In this document: piece by piece, positions 28,707 through 38,164 of the stretch | Layout: every line of letters starts with the position of its first letter | How positions within the stretch are numbered: the stretch's first letter is position 1 | DNA from: Dehalococcoidia bacterium | Lineage (GTDB): Bacteria > Chloroflexota > Dehalococcoidia > GIF9 > AB-539-J10 | NCBI GenBank assembly: GCA_021162545.1 | Contig: JAGGYM010000053.1 | Coordinates: forward strand, 10,272 to 74,271 | Direction of reading: 5' to 3' | Length of the DNA stretch: 64,000 nt | Notes under the pieces: model-generated | What the model was told of the DNA's origin: nothing | The model's database searches: none | The model's input: only the letters and a program-made list of their open reading frames with translations | Translations under genes and position numbers: made by a program

Positions 28707-29166
28707 CTCGAATCAGCGATATAATAAATGCCAAGATGCCTACAACTACGGCAGAATCGGCAAAATTGAAGGCAGGCCAGATAAAGACGTCCTGTATGTG
28801 AAACTCAATAAAGTCGGTTACGCTGCCAGAGCAGAGACGGTCTATCAGGTTCCCTATAGCACCTCCCAGTATCAAGCTGACGGACACTATACTCAGAGTT
28901 GTAACAGGAGACAGGTACCTGAGAATTAGCACTATTACCACCAGGCTGATTACGCTGACTGCAATAAGAAAGAGAGTCTGGTTGGCAAATAATCCAAAGG
29001 CAGCTCCAGAATTCTCAACATGAACTAAGTTGAGCCATCCCGGCAACAGCTCTATTTGTGGTGAATTTGCTCGGACCCAGAGCTTGCTCAGTTGATCGAG
29101 AAGAACCACCAGGAAAACCACCAGCAAGGATAAAGCAACTTTCCTCTTATCTTGTACCCTTCGCAT
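28657..29166 (-). CDS. lspA: lipoprotein signal peptidase (signal peptidase II)
   Basis: 169 aa, four TM segments, conserved NSGAAFG and FNFAD motifs. Confidence 0.88.
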   Translation of the reverse strand: MRRVQDKRKVALSLLVVFLVVLLDQLSKLWVRANSPQIELLPGWLNLVHVENSGAAFGLFANQTLFLIAVSVISLVVIVLILRYLSPVTTLSIVSVSLILGGAIGNLIDRLCSGSVTDFIEFHIQDVFIWPAFNFADSAVVVGILAFIISLIRDGFFSKMHEHGRGDES

Positions 29167-29515
29167 CCTTTGTCTGGCTCGCTTTGCACTTCAAACATAA
29201 GCTTGCTTGAGGTAGCGCCTCAAGGCGAGCCTGCTCTATAGGTTGACCACAGGCGTCACATAATCCATAAGTGCCTGCTTCATATTTTTGTAAGGCATGC
29301 TCTATGCTGGCAAGCGAAACCCTTGCCCTTTCTTCTTGAGCTATTCTCCTCTCCATTTCCAGTGCACCATCCGCCTCTTCCTCCCTCTTGCCAAAGGGAC
29401 TGCCATCTCTCCTCTCTGACATCGACGATGCATCCGCTTCCAGCTGATCCAGCTTTACCAGTATTTGCCTCTCCTCTTGCTTCAGTCTCTCATAAAGTTC
29501 ACTTGATTTGGCCAC
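29147..29515 (-). CDS. DksA/TraR-family C4-type zinc-finger protein
   Basis: A coiled-coil N-terminus, then CDACGQPI…CLKC. Confidence 0.75.
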   Translation of the reverse strand: MAKSSELYERLKQEERQILVKLDQLEADASSMSERRDGSPFGKREEEADGALEMERRIAQEERARVSLASIEHALQKYEAGTYGLCDACGQPIEQARLEALPQASLCLKCKASQTKDAKGTR

Positions 29516-29609
29516 TTCATGCCCTCCTCCAATCCAGTATTGCTACGTATCGCGTAACTGCGCTAAAAACTCAAAATTTCCAAGGGAAAATGCCAGTTGA
29601 GATAGAGGA

Positions 29610-31202
29610 TTAATCGAAAGCCTTTCTTATATCGGGATGCAAGACACCCTGAAGTTTTTCCACGGATTCGCGCCTTATCTTAACAAGCTCTCTTTTTCTT
29701 TCTTTAAATTCGCTTTTCGAATAAAGTCTCTCCGGGTGCAAATAGATATCATCCACATATCTTATGGCATTTGGCACTTTAAAGCCCACGGGTGAATCTG
29801 TCCAGTCCTCAAGCCCTCCCCGGAAAAGAGAGTCCAGAGTGGCTACGGTTTGTTCCACCGTGATGTTCTCATGGTGGTCTCCTTCGCCAATTCCACCTGT
29901 ATTTATCAGGTAGTAATTCGTATATCGAAGGCCCTGCAGTATCTCATAGAACCTGTTGGCATGCTCTGCCCTGTCTCCTGCCATAAAGGGGTCGTAAAAA
30001 AACTCACTCTTGATCTTTCCCGCTTGCGTGGGGTCGCCCGCTGAAGATTCCATTGACTGTCCTAAAATCATCAGCGCTGTGGCCTGCTCTAAAGTCAATT
30101 TTGATATTATCGGTATCAGTGGGCCTCGCGTTATGAGAATCAGGTTATCGATCCTGTCAACGTCAATATAGGGACTGGCATGAAGGAAACTTTTTCTCGG
30201 GATAACAGCCCTTCCATTCGATGTCCTTTCAAAATTATAGAAGTCGAAATCTCCCCCCCCCGTCACATAGATATTCTCACAGAGGGTCTCCTGTTTCAGC
30301 AAACCATAAAAAATTTCGATCTGGTTGCCTGGATTTACCCCTTCCGTCTTGACAAATATCCCTCCGGCCTCAAATCCATGGAAAGAGCCGTCAGGCATGA
30401 GAGTTCCTCCATCATCCTGAACGAGCCACGATTTTTCCTTTCCTTTTCTGGCAAGGATCTTGCCCGTCAGCGTCGTTTTTCCGTTGGCGCTGACAGCAAG
30501 GAGCAGCGACCTCGTGGTCCTGTAGCCACCGTGAACTGTTTGAAGATAGTCCTCCCGGCAGCCGGCATGCAAGAATATGCCCCCTCTTTGAGTTTTGCTA
30601 ACCCAGTCTTCAGCGGCAAAGACCCCTTTCTTGTATTCGCCGATGTAATTGCCATTGCGGACTATTTTGATAACCCTGCCCCTATCCAGCATGGCCAACC
30701 TGATGGTGATATCCTTCTTGGGAAGCACTTTGGCTTTGTTGGATTCAAAAGCCTCATCGGCAAACATCACTATCTCGTATGATGGTTGCACTGTTTCATC
30801 CTTTACGGGCAAAAACAGATTGCCTCCTCCATAGGCCACATGGGCAAACCTCTCAGGGACAATTAACCTGACGACAGCCCTGCTCCTGTCATTGCCCACA
30901 ATTCTGTCGATGGAAATCAGCTTTTCCCTGGCTAAAGCCTTTTCAGCCTGAGACAGCAGCTTCAGCTCTTCGTCACCGAAAGCATCGTCAACGCTATTCC
31001 TGGTAAACAGCGCCGCTCTGGAGGAAGGCTCACTTTCCGCAACATAATTTCCGTACTTGGTTTTCCTCGTCCCCGGCTGTCTCTCCACCAGCAACCTCAA
31101 CTCTTCACTGCCAGGATTGTGAATTAACCGGTTTTCCTCTATCGCCTTATCTCTGATCCTGGCGACAGTTCGTGCAAATTCTTCCAGGTCGATAGCTGAC
31201 AT
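29610..31202 (-). CDS. pckA: phosphoenolpyruvate carboxykinase (ATP)-like protein (divergent)
   Basis: 530 aa, matching ATP-PEPCK in length. It has a kinase-1a-like SANGKTTLTG, then LVQDDGG / FEAGG…ENIYV, collinear with the E. coli SGTGKTTLS…LIGDDEHGW…FEGG…ENV. The alignment is from memory. Confidence 0.55.
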   Translation of the reverse strand: MSAIDLEEFARTVARIRDKAIEENRLIHNPGSEELRLLVERQPGTRKTKYGNYVAESEPSSRAALFTRNSVDDAFGDEELKLLSQAEKALAREKLISIDRIVGNDRSRAVVRLIVPERFAHVAYGGGNLFLPVKDETVQPSYEIVMFADEAFESNKAKVLPKKDITIRLAMLDRGRVIKIVRNGNYIGEYKKGVFAAEDWVSKTQRGGIFLHAGCREDYLQTVHGGYRTTRSLLLAVSANGKTTLTGKILARKGKEKSWLVQDDGGTLMPDGSFHGFEAGGIFVKTEGVNPGNQIEIFYGLLKQETLCENIYVTGGGDFDFYNFERTSNGRAVIPRKSFLHASPYIDVDRIDNLILITRGPLIPIISKLTLEQATALMILGQSMESSAGDPTQAGKIKSEFFYDPFMAGDRAEHANRFYEILQGLRYTNYYLINTGGIGEGDHHENITVEQTVATLDSLFRGGLEDWTDSPVGFKVPNAIRYVDDIYLHPERLYSKSEFKERKRELVKIRRESVEKLQGVLHPDIRKAFD

Positions 31203-31293
31203 CTTGATCCTCCGTGTAGCGCAGTTCCGGCCTTTCCTCTCACGCCAGAAAAGAAGCCGGGCAGAAGCAGTATTTTACCGCCTCATATCTAAT

Positions 31294-33192
31294 CTATACT
31301 TCGCGGAATTCTCCTTCTACCGTCCCTTCCTCGCCGGGGCTGCTCTGGCTGCTACCTTCCGCTTCCGGCGCAGGCGGCTGCTGGTACACCGACGCTCCAA
31401 TTTTCTGCATGGCCTGCGACAGTTCCTTCACAGCACTATTAATTGCACCAGCGTCTTTTCCCTGGAGAGCAGAGCGCACGCTGGCTATCTTGGTTTCTAC
31501 TTCCTGCTTTACATCCGCCGGTACCTTCTCTCCATGCTCGCGGAGCGTTTTCTCCGCAGTGTAAGCCAGATTATCGGCAGAATTGTACAGCTCAACTTCT
31601 TCCTTGCGCCTGACATCCTCAGCAGAATGAGCCTCTGCTTCTTGCCTCATCTTCTCTATCTCTTCTTTGCCCAACCCGCTGGAGGCAGTGATGGTGATTT
31701 TCTGCTCTTTTCCGGTACCTTTGTCGAGTGCACTGACTTTCAGAATTCCATTTGCATCTATGTCAAAGGTCACTTCGATCTGAGGCAGTCCCCGTGGCGC
31801 CGGTAAAATGCCATCAAGCATAAAACGCCCCAGAGTCCGATTATCCCCAGCCATGGGGCGCTCCCCCTGGAGTATGTGTATCTCCACGCTGGGTTGATTG
31901 TCGCTGGCTGTACTGAAAATCTGGCTCTTGGAGGTGGGGACAGTCGTGTTGCGTGGAATGAGAGGTGTAGCCACTCCCCCCAGGGTCTCTATACCCAGAG
32001 TAAGCGGGGTAACGTCAAGCAAGAGAACTTCTCCGACCTCCCCTTTGAGAACCCCCGCCTGAATGGCTGCCCCTCTGGCTACAACTTCATCGGGGTTGAT
32101 TCCCTTGGATGGTTCTTTACCAAAGAATTGCTTTACCTTTTCCTGAACCAGGGGCATCCTGGTCTGACCACCTACGAGAAGAACTTCAGTTACCTGGTTT
32201 GCTGCCAATCCAGCATCCTGCAGTGCCTGTTGACAGGGCTCAATCGTTTGCTCGACCAAATCCATAATCAGTTGTTCCAACTTGGAACGCGTTAGAGCGA
32301 TATTAAGGTGTTTTGGCCCCGCTGCATCGGCAGTAATGAAGGGAAGGTTTATCTCGGTTTGTTGCACCGTTGAGAGTTCACACTTTGCTCTTTCCGCCGC
32401 CTCCTTGAGCCTTTGCAATGCCATGCGATCATTTCTCAGGTCAATTCCCTGGTCTTTTTTGAATTCATCGCAAAGCCACTCAACAACACGATGATCGAAG
32501 TCCTCACCGCCAAGGTGCGTGTTCCCGCTGGTTGATTTGACCTGGAAGGTGCCCTCTCCTATCTCCAGAACAGAGACATCGAACGTTCCCCCACCCAAGT
32601 CATATACCACTATAATCCCCTCGTTTTTCTTATCAGTGCCATAGGCTAAAGCGGCGGCGGTGGGTTCGTTAATTATGCGAATGACGTTCAATCCCGCAAT
32701 TGCCCCGGCATCTTTGGTTGCCTGACGCTGACTGTCATTGAAATAGGCCGGCACCGTAATCACCGCATCCGTCACCGTATCGCCAAGATAAGCTTCCGCA
32801 TCAGCCTTGAGCTTCTGCAAAATCATCGCCGATATTTCCTGAGGAGTATATTCTTTGCTTCCCATGAGTACCTTGATTTCGTCGTTCGGACCATGCGTTA
32901 CCTTATAAGATGCACGGCGGGCATCCTCTTCAGGAGACATTTCCCTCCCCACTGGCTCATTCCATTTTCGCCCCATGAATCGCTTGATGGCATATACGGT
33001 ATTATCCGGATTAACGATAGCCTGCCTCTTGGCAACCTGCCCTACTAATCTCTCCCCGTTCTTGTTTATGGCCACTACAGAGGGAAATAAGTTTGAGCCT
33101 TCAGAACAGGGAATCAGCTTCGGCTGCCCTCCTTCCATAATGGCAACCTCGCTCAGAGTCGTGCCCAAGTCAATACCTACTGTTTTTCCCAT
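31294..33192 (-). CDS. dnaK: molecular chaperone DnaK (Hsp70)
   Basis: [14 protein letters not shown], the GG…RMPLVQ linker and a C-terminal lid. It is downstream of grpE and hrcA. Confidence 0.95.
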   Translation of the reverse strand: MGKTVGIDLGTTLSEVAIMEGGQPKLIPCSEGSNLFPSVVAINKNGERLVGQVAKRQAIVNPDNTVYAIKRFMGRKWNEPVGREMSPEEDARRASYKVTHGPNDEIKVLMGSKEYTPQEISAMILQKLKADAEAYLGDTVTDAVITVPAYFNDSQRQATKDAGAIAGLNVIRIINEPTAAALAYGTDKKNEGIIVVYDLGGGTFDVSVLEIGEGTFQVKSTSGNTHLGGEDFDHRVVEWLCDEFKKDQGIDLRNDRMALQRLKEAAERAKCELSTVQQTEINLPFITADAAGPKHLNIALTRSKLEQLIMDLVEQTIEPCQQALQDAGLAANQVTEVLLVGGQTRMPLVQEKVKQFFGKEPSKGINPDEVVARGAAIQAGVLKGEVGEVLLLDVTPLTLGIETLGGVATPLIPRNTTVPTSKSQIFSTASDNQPSVEIHILQGERPMAGDNRTLGRFMLDGILPAPRGLPQIEVTFDIDANGILKVSALDKGTGKEQKITITASSGLGKEEIEKMRQEAEAHSAEDVRRKEEVELYNSADNLAYTAEKTLREHGEKVPADVKQEVETKIASVRSALQGKDAGAINSAVKELSQAMQKIGASVYQQPPAPEAEGSSQSSPGEEGTVEGEFREV

Positions 33193-33194
33193 GA

Positions 33195-33749
33195 TTATCC
33201 TCCGTTTATTATATCTTCTTCTCTGGTTTTCTCTTGCTTTTCCTTACCCACTACGACAGAACTTGGGCGAAGAAGTTTGCCTTTGAACATATAGCCCGCA
33301 CGAACCTCTTCAAGAACTACCCCTTCTTTTCCTTCTGCCTGTGCTACCGCTTCATGCACATGGGGGTCAAAAACTTCGCCAACAGCCCCGAGCCTGGTTA
33401 GTCCCTGCGTTTCCAGAGCCGATTTAGTCTTATTATAGATGAGTCTTACACCTTCAGTCCAACTGGATCTGGCAAATTTAGCCGGCAGTGAATCAAAGGC
33501 TCTCTCAAAATCGTCCAGAACAGGCAACAGGTTCAAGACGAGCGCCCTGTTGGCAGATTCGATTATCTCCAACTTCTCACGCTCAGCACGCTTTATGTAA
33601 TTGCTTAAATCAGCCTGTGCTCTCTGCAAGCCAGCCAGATATTCCTCTGCCCTGTCTCTTTCCTGAGATAAAGCTTCTTCAGGTATTTCTTCATCCTGCT
33701 CACTTGCTAGGATATCTGATGTGCTCTCGTCATTATTGTTCTCGGCCAA
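33195..33749 (-). CDS. grpE: nucleotide exchange factor GrpE
   Basis: 184 aa with an acidic N-terminus and a coiled coil ([19 protein letters not shown]). Its position between hrcA and dnaK fits. Confidence 0.9.
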   Translation of the reverse strand: MAENNNDESTSDILASEQDEEIPEEALSQERDRAEEYLAGLQRAQADLSNYIKRAEREKLEIIESANRALVLNLLPVLDDFERAFDSLPAKFARSSWTEGVRLIYNKTKSALETQGLTRLGAVGEVFDPHVHEAVAQAEGKEGVVLEEVRAGYMFKGKLLRPSSVVVGKEKQEKTREEDIINGG

Positions 33750-33761
33750 CTCGGAACCTCC

Positions 33762-34781
33762 TCAAACTCGTTGAGTTATTCTATCGCTAAGTAGTGCTGC
33801 AAAGCACTTAAGTGAAGACAATGTCGTGACATAATCCATGCGCTTCGGACCAACCACACCCAGAAGGCCAGCAGCTTTCCCCGGTACTCCATATTGCTTG
33901 ACCAGCAGACTTAAGTCCCTCAAGGCAGTCTCGTGATTTTCCGCACCGATGGTTACGCTCGTTTCCTCTCCTCGATCGAAGGGCTGAAATGATATTTCCC
34001 TGAGCCACTCCCCTCCCTCCAATACCTCCAGGATCTCGGGAACTCTGGGATTATTAAAAAATTCAGGATGCCTTAGCATCAAGCACAAACCTTCAAGGTA
34101 TGGCTTGCCATATTCTCGCGCATCTTCAGCAGCCATCACATCTGCAATAAATCCGGATATCTGTTTCTCTTCGGTGGTAAGGTGCTCCTCGCTGGCGAGG
34201 ATCTGCTGGCTATCCATTCCCGCGTAGATAGCATTGAATTTGTTGGCCAGCTTCGTCAGATTATCCTGGGCAATGAAAGCCTTCAATGGCAGCATCTTCT
34301 GCACTACCTTTGCTTCACACAGAACCATAATCAACAAAACCAGAAGATTCTGTGAGGCCACCATGTCCAGGTGTTTGAAATGGTGACGGGTTGCTCTGGG
34401 TAAAGTTACTATCACCATATTATGAGCCAGGCTTGACAGAAGTACTGCTGCCTGCCTCAGCCATTGCTCTATTTCCTCGCCTACCTCTTGCTTCAATTGC
34501 TGAAGAACATCCTGTTCAGGCATGGAGAAATCGACATCACTGTCTATCGTCTCCACATAGAAACGGTAAGCTTTGTCCGTGGGGACGCAGCCGGCAGAAG
34601 CATGAGGCCTGGCAATATAGCCCTCTTCTGCCAGAGAAACCATGTCGTTGCGGATGGTGGCAGAACTTACCTTCAGGTCATATTTCCTGACGATCGTTTC
34701 TGAGGCAAGAGGCATCGCCTCATGGATATAACTCTCCACTATTATCTTAAGGACAGCCTTTTTTCTCTCTGCGGCAGTCAA
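33762..34781 (-). CDS. hrcA: heat-inducible transcription repressor HrcA (TTG start)
   Basis: The N-terminal winged helix (…RKKAVLKIIVESYIHEAMPLASETIV) aligns with B. subtilis HrcA. This is the first gene of the hrcA-grpE-dnaK operon. Confidence 0.88.
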   Translation of the reverse strand: MTAAERKKAVLKIIVESYIHEAMPLASETIVRKYDLKVSSATIRNDMVSLAEEGYIARPHASAGCVPTDKAYRFYVETIDSDVDFSMPEQDVLQQLKQEVGEEIEQWLRQAAVLLSSLAHNMVIVTLPRATRHHFKHLDMVASQNLLVLLIMVLCEAKVVQKMLPLKAFIAQDNLTKLANKFNAIYAGMDSQQILASEEHLTTEEKQISGFIADVMAAEDAREYGKPYLEGLCLMLRHPEFFNNPRVPEILEVLEGGEWLREISFQPFDRGEETSVTIGAENHETALRDLSLLVKQYGVPGKAAGLLGVVGPKRMDYVTTLSSLKCFAALLSDRITQRV

Positions 34782-34808
34782 TTAGCACTCTCCCTCGTCA
34801 ATTGCTAA
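34782..34808 (-). promoter_or_regulatory. CIRCE-like inverted repeat (HrcA operator), imperfect: TTAGCAATT-N9-GAGTGCTAA on the coding strand
   Basis: One half-site is a perfect GAGTGCTAA/TTAGCACTC. The other has 2 mismatches. The N9 spacer GACGAGGGA doubles as the RBS, and the repeat abuts the hrcA TTG start. Confidence 0.5.
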
Positions 34809-35034
34809 TTAAAGGTAATATATCATCGTCAGAGGCACACTGTCAATAAAACTGGCTTCGCTTGTATTAAGAATAAAAGTGATTTACTGCAAGTCTGGTG
34901 GTAAAATACTCAGGCAAGCAGAAGTCTGTATTCCTTGTTGTCGTTATCCTGACTGGAGGGGATAACCTTGAGAATATATTCTATGCTTGGGGTAGAAACT
35001 GCGTGGAACACTGAAGGGCAGGCAAATACAATCG

Positions 35035-36009
35035 GTGGAAGCTCTTATCATGAAAGAGAAGACATTTACTGGAGAAAAGGGGACGAAAGTGCGCTCTATC
35101 AACCATGGCAAGTTAACCTGGTTTTACGTTGAAATGCCCACAGCCAAGGATGTTGAATTTTTTACCAGGAAGTTTAATTTCCACCCTCTTAGTTTAGAAG
35201 ATGTGCTCAGCCGCATACAGCGTCCTAAAATTGACGAGGACGAAGATCATCTTTTTCTGGTTCTCCACTTTCCTGTATTTGACAAAAAAAACCGCGTGAC
35301 CAAGCCCAGCGAAGTGGATATCTTCATCGGGGAAGACTATATTGTCACCACGCATTGCTCCGGCAACCTGAAGCCGCTATCGGCTTTTTTCAAGTTGTGC
35401 CAGACCGATGAAGACAGCCGGCAATATTACCTGGGGCGAAGTTCAGGATTTCTCCTCTACCATATTCTTGATAGATTGACTAACTATTGTTTCCCCATCC
35501 TCAACAAAGTCATGGAGAACATCGATGAGATAGAAGATGTCATTTTTACCAGAACTACTCCTGATACGGTTCGGCGTATTTCTTTGCTTCGCCGTGATTT
35601 GATTTCCTTCCGTCGCGTCATTCGTCCCCAGATAGCGGTAATCGAAACCCTGGAGAGAGAGGAATACCCCTTTTTGAAGGAAGACCAGGAGATTTATTTT
35701 GGTGATATCGCTGACCACATCCGCAAGATATGGGATGGCCTTGAGGACTGCAAGGAGGTAGTGGACGGACTTGCCGAAACCAGTAACTGGTTAACCTCAC
35801 ACCGAATACAGGAAATCATGCGGGTATTGACTATCGTCATGGCAATTTTAGCTCCCCCCACCCTACTATCAGGCATCTTCGGCATGAATGTTCCTCTGCC
35901 CGGAGGAATAGACCATGGAGACCTTTTCCCGCTGGGCATTCTGCTCGCCGTCATGGCTCTAATGGGAACAGGAGTGTTCCTTTACCTCCGACACAGGCGG
36001 TGGCTTTAG
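35035..36009 (+). CDS. corA: magnesium/cobalt transporter CorA
   Basis: 324 aa with two C-terminal TM helices and a GMN motif (IFGMNVPLP). The N-terminal domain is CorA-like. Confidence 0.88.
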   Translation: MEALIMKEKTFTGEKGTKVRSINHGKLTWFYVEMPTAKDVEFFTRKFNFHPLSLEDVLSRIQRPKIDEDEDHLFLVLHFPVFDKKNRVTKPSEVDIFIGEDYIVTTHCSGNLKPLSAFFKLCQTDEDSRQYYLGRSSGFLLYHILDRLTNYCFPILNKVMENIDEIEDVIFTRTTPDTVRRISLLRRDLISFRRVIRPQIAVIETLEREEYPFLKEDQEIYFGDIADHIRKIWDGLEDCKEVVDGLAETSNWLTSHRIQEIMRVLTIVMAILAPPTLLSGIFGMNVPLPGGIDHGDLFPLGILLAVMALMGTGVFLYLRHRRWL

Positions 36010-36148
36010 AAGACATTCCCTTCTGTCGCAACCGGGCTCGAGAGGAAAGACACTGCTCTCCCCATGCAGCGATAATGGCAGAGTCCGAATTGTGATGTTA
36101 TACTAACGCTTATTCCCAATCCGGAATTTGTGAATTAAAGACGTTGCT

Positions 36149-36925
36149 ATGCTTCTGGCTATAGATATCGGTAACACCAGCGTTAAGCTGGGGATATTTG
36201 ATGGCGATAGGCTGATGCATACCTGGACCCTGGCCACAGGTATCCATCGCACACCGGATGAGTACGGCACATTTTTGCTCGGTCTCATGGAACACCAGCG
36301 CCTTTTGCCTTCCAGCGTGGAGGATGCAGTCCTGTGTGGAGTTGTGCCTCCATTGATATCTGTATTCGTAGATTTATGCCAGAAGTATTTACAGCATAAA
36401 CCTCTGGTAGTTGAGGCAGGTGTGAAAACCGGCATACGAATCCAGGTTGATAATCCCAGAGAGGTGGGAACCGACAGGGTAGTAGGCGCGGTCGCCGCTC
36501 ACCACCTCTACGAAAAACCGGTAATAATTATCGACTTTGGCACCGCCATCACTTTCGACGTGATTTCGCTGGATGGCGACTATATCGGTGGGGTTATCTG
36601 CCCGGGAATGAATGTGGCCCTGGAAGCACTGTTCGCCCGTACCGCCATGCTGCCCCGGATAGAACTGACTCCTCCCCAGCAGGTTATCGGAAAGAATACC
36701 GTATCAGCCATGCAATCGGGCATGGTTCTGGGCTACACTAGCCTCATAGAAGGCATGGTAAAGAGAATAGAAGGAGAACTGGGAAGTAAGTCTCTGGTAG
36801 TTGCTACTGGAGGTTATGCCCATCAGATGGCCAGGGGAACATCTGCCATCGATGTGGTAAACCCTGACCTAGTACTGACGGGACTGCGTCTCGTTTACGA
36901 GAGGAACAAACGCGATGACACTTAG
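36149..36925 (+). CDS. coaX: type III pantothenate kinase
   Basis: MLLAIDIGNTSVKLGIF… and IIDFGTA…ATGGYA are the CoaX (Bvg accessory factor family) motifs. Confidence 0.9.
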   Translation: MLLAIDIGNTSVKLGIFDGDRLMHTWTLATGIHRTPDEYGTFLLGLMEHQRLLPSSVEDAVLCGVVPPLISVFVDLCQKYLQHKPLVVEAGVKTGIRIQVDNPREVGTDRVVGAVAAHHLYEKPVIIIDFGTAITFDVISLDGDYIGGVICPGMNVALEALFARTAMLPRIELTPPQQVIGKNTVSAMQSGMVLGYTSLIEGMVKRIEGELGSKSLVVATGGYAHQMARGTSAIDVVNPDLVLTGLRLVYERNKRDDT

Positions 36926-38102
36926 CGGCAAAACTATCATACTGGGAGTAACGGGAAGCATTGCCGCCTATAAGGCAGCAGAGCTTGCCAGCCGGCTCGT
37001 TCAGCGCGAGGCAAATGTCAACACAATTATGACGGAAGCAGCCATGCGCTTCATATCTCCACTTACCTTCCGCAGCCTTACCGGGCGACCTGTAGTTACA
37101 GGCATGTTCGATTTGAATTCTGAATTCAGCATTGAGCATGTATCTCTGGCTGAGGCGGCAGATATAGTGGTAATTGCTCCCGCTACAGCCAACATCATCG
37201 CCAAATTAGCCTCAGGTCTTGCGGATGACATACTGTGCAGCACTGTCCTGGCAACCAAGTCTTCAGTACTGATAGCCCCGGCGATGAACGTAAATATGTA
37301 TGAAAACAGGATCACGCAAAACAACCTGTCTGAACTCAAATCCCGTGGTTTTATCGTGGTTGGTCCCGACACAGGCAGACTGGCTTCTGGAGAGGCGGGC
37401 CCAGGGCGCTTCGCCGGCATCAGCGACATCACAGGCTCCATCTGCCAGGTGTTGGGGAGAAAGGGAGACCTGGCTCACAAGCACATAGTGATTACCGCTG
37501 GTGGTACACAGGAGTCCATAGACCCCGTCCGTTACATCAGCAACCGCTCTTCGGGCAAGATGGGCTATGCCCTGGCTGAAGCAGCTCGCGACAGAGGAGC
37601 TGAAGTGACCCTGATCACGGCTCCCTCTTCACTAATCAAACCCTACGGAGTGGAACTATACAGCATCAACACCGCCCAGGAGATGTACCAGGCAGTGAGA
37701 GACATCGCGCCTCGCGCAGGCGCCCTGATTATGGCGGCTGCTGTGGCCGATTACCGTCCCGCAAGCGTAGCCAAAGACAAGATCAAGAAAGCGAACTCAT
37801 CATTAACTCTGAATCTGGTAAATACTCCGGATATTTTAGATAATGTCAAAGGAGATTTCGTTAGAGTGGGCTTTGCTGCCGAAAGCGAGCATCTGGTGGA
37901 GAACGCCAGAGCAAAGCTGCAGCGAAAAAACCTCGACCTCATCATAGCCAATGATATCACTGCCGAAGGCAGCGGCTTCGGCGCTGATAATAATGAAGTG
38001 GTCATCATCGGGCGAGGAGACGCAAAGAATAAATTGCCTCTCCTGCCCAAGAGAGAAGTGGCCGACAAAATCCTGGATGAAGTGGCGGCCTTACTCCCGT
38101 GA
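36915..38102 (+). CDS. coaBC: bifunctional phosphopantothenoylcysteine decarboxylase / phosphopantothenate-cysteine ligase
   Basis: 395 aa with an N-terminal flavoprotein domain (IILGVTGSIAAYKA) and a C-terminal DFP/CoaB domain (ITAGGTQESIDPVRYISNRSSGKMG). Confidence 0.9.
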   Translation: MTLSGKTIILGVTGSIAAYKAAELASRLVQREANVNTIMTEAAMRFISPLTFRSLTGRPVVTGMFDLNSEFSIEHVSLAEAADIVVIAPATANIIAKLASGLADDILCSTVLATKSSVLIAPAMNVNMYENRITQNNLSELKSRGFIVVGPDTGRLASGEAGPGRFAGISDITGSICQVLGRKGDLAHKHIVITAGGTQESIDPVRYISNRSSGKMGYALAEAARDRGAEVTLITAPSSLIKPYGVELYSINTAQEMYQAVRDIAPRAGALIMAAAVADYRPASVAKDKIKKANSSLTLNLVNTPDILDNVKGDFVRVGFAAESEHLVENARAKLQRKNLDLIIANDITAEGSGFGADNNEVVIIGRGDAKNKLPLLPKREVADKILDEVAALLP

Positions 38103-38164
38103 GGATTTGCCAGTCCGAAATTGATTACCCTGTCGCTCTGTAGCAAAACTGGATGGAGAGAACG

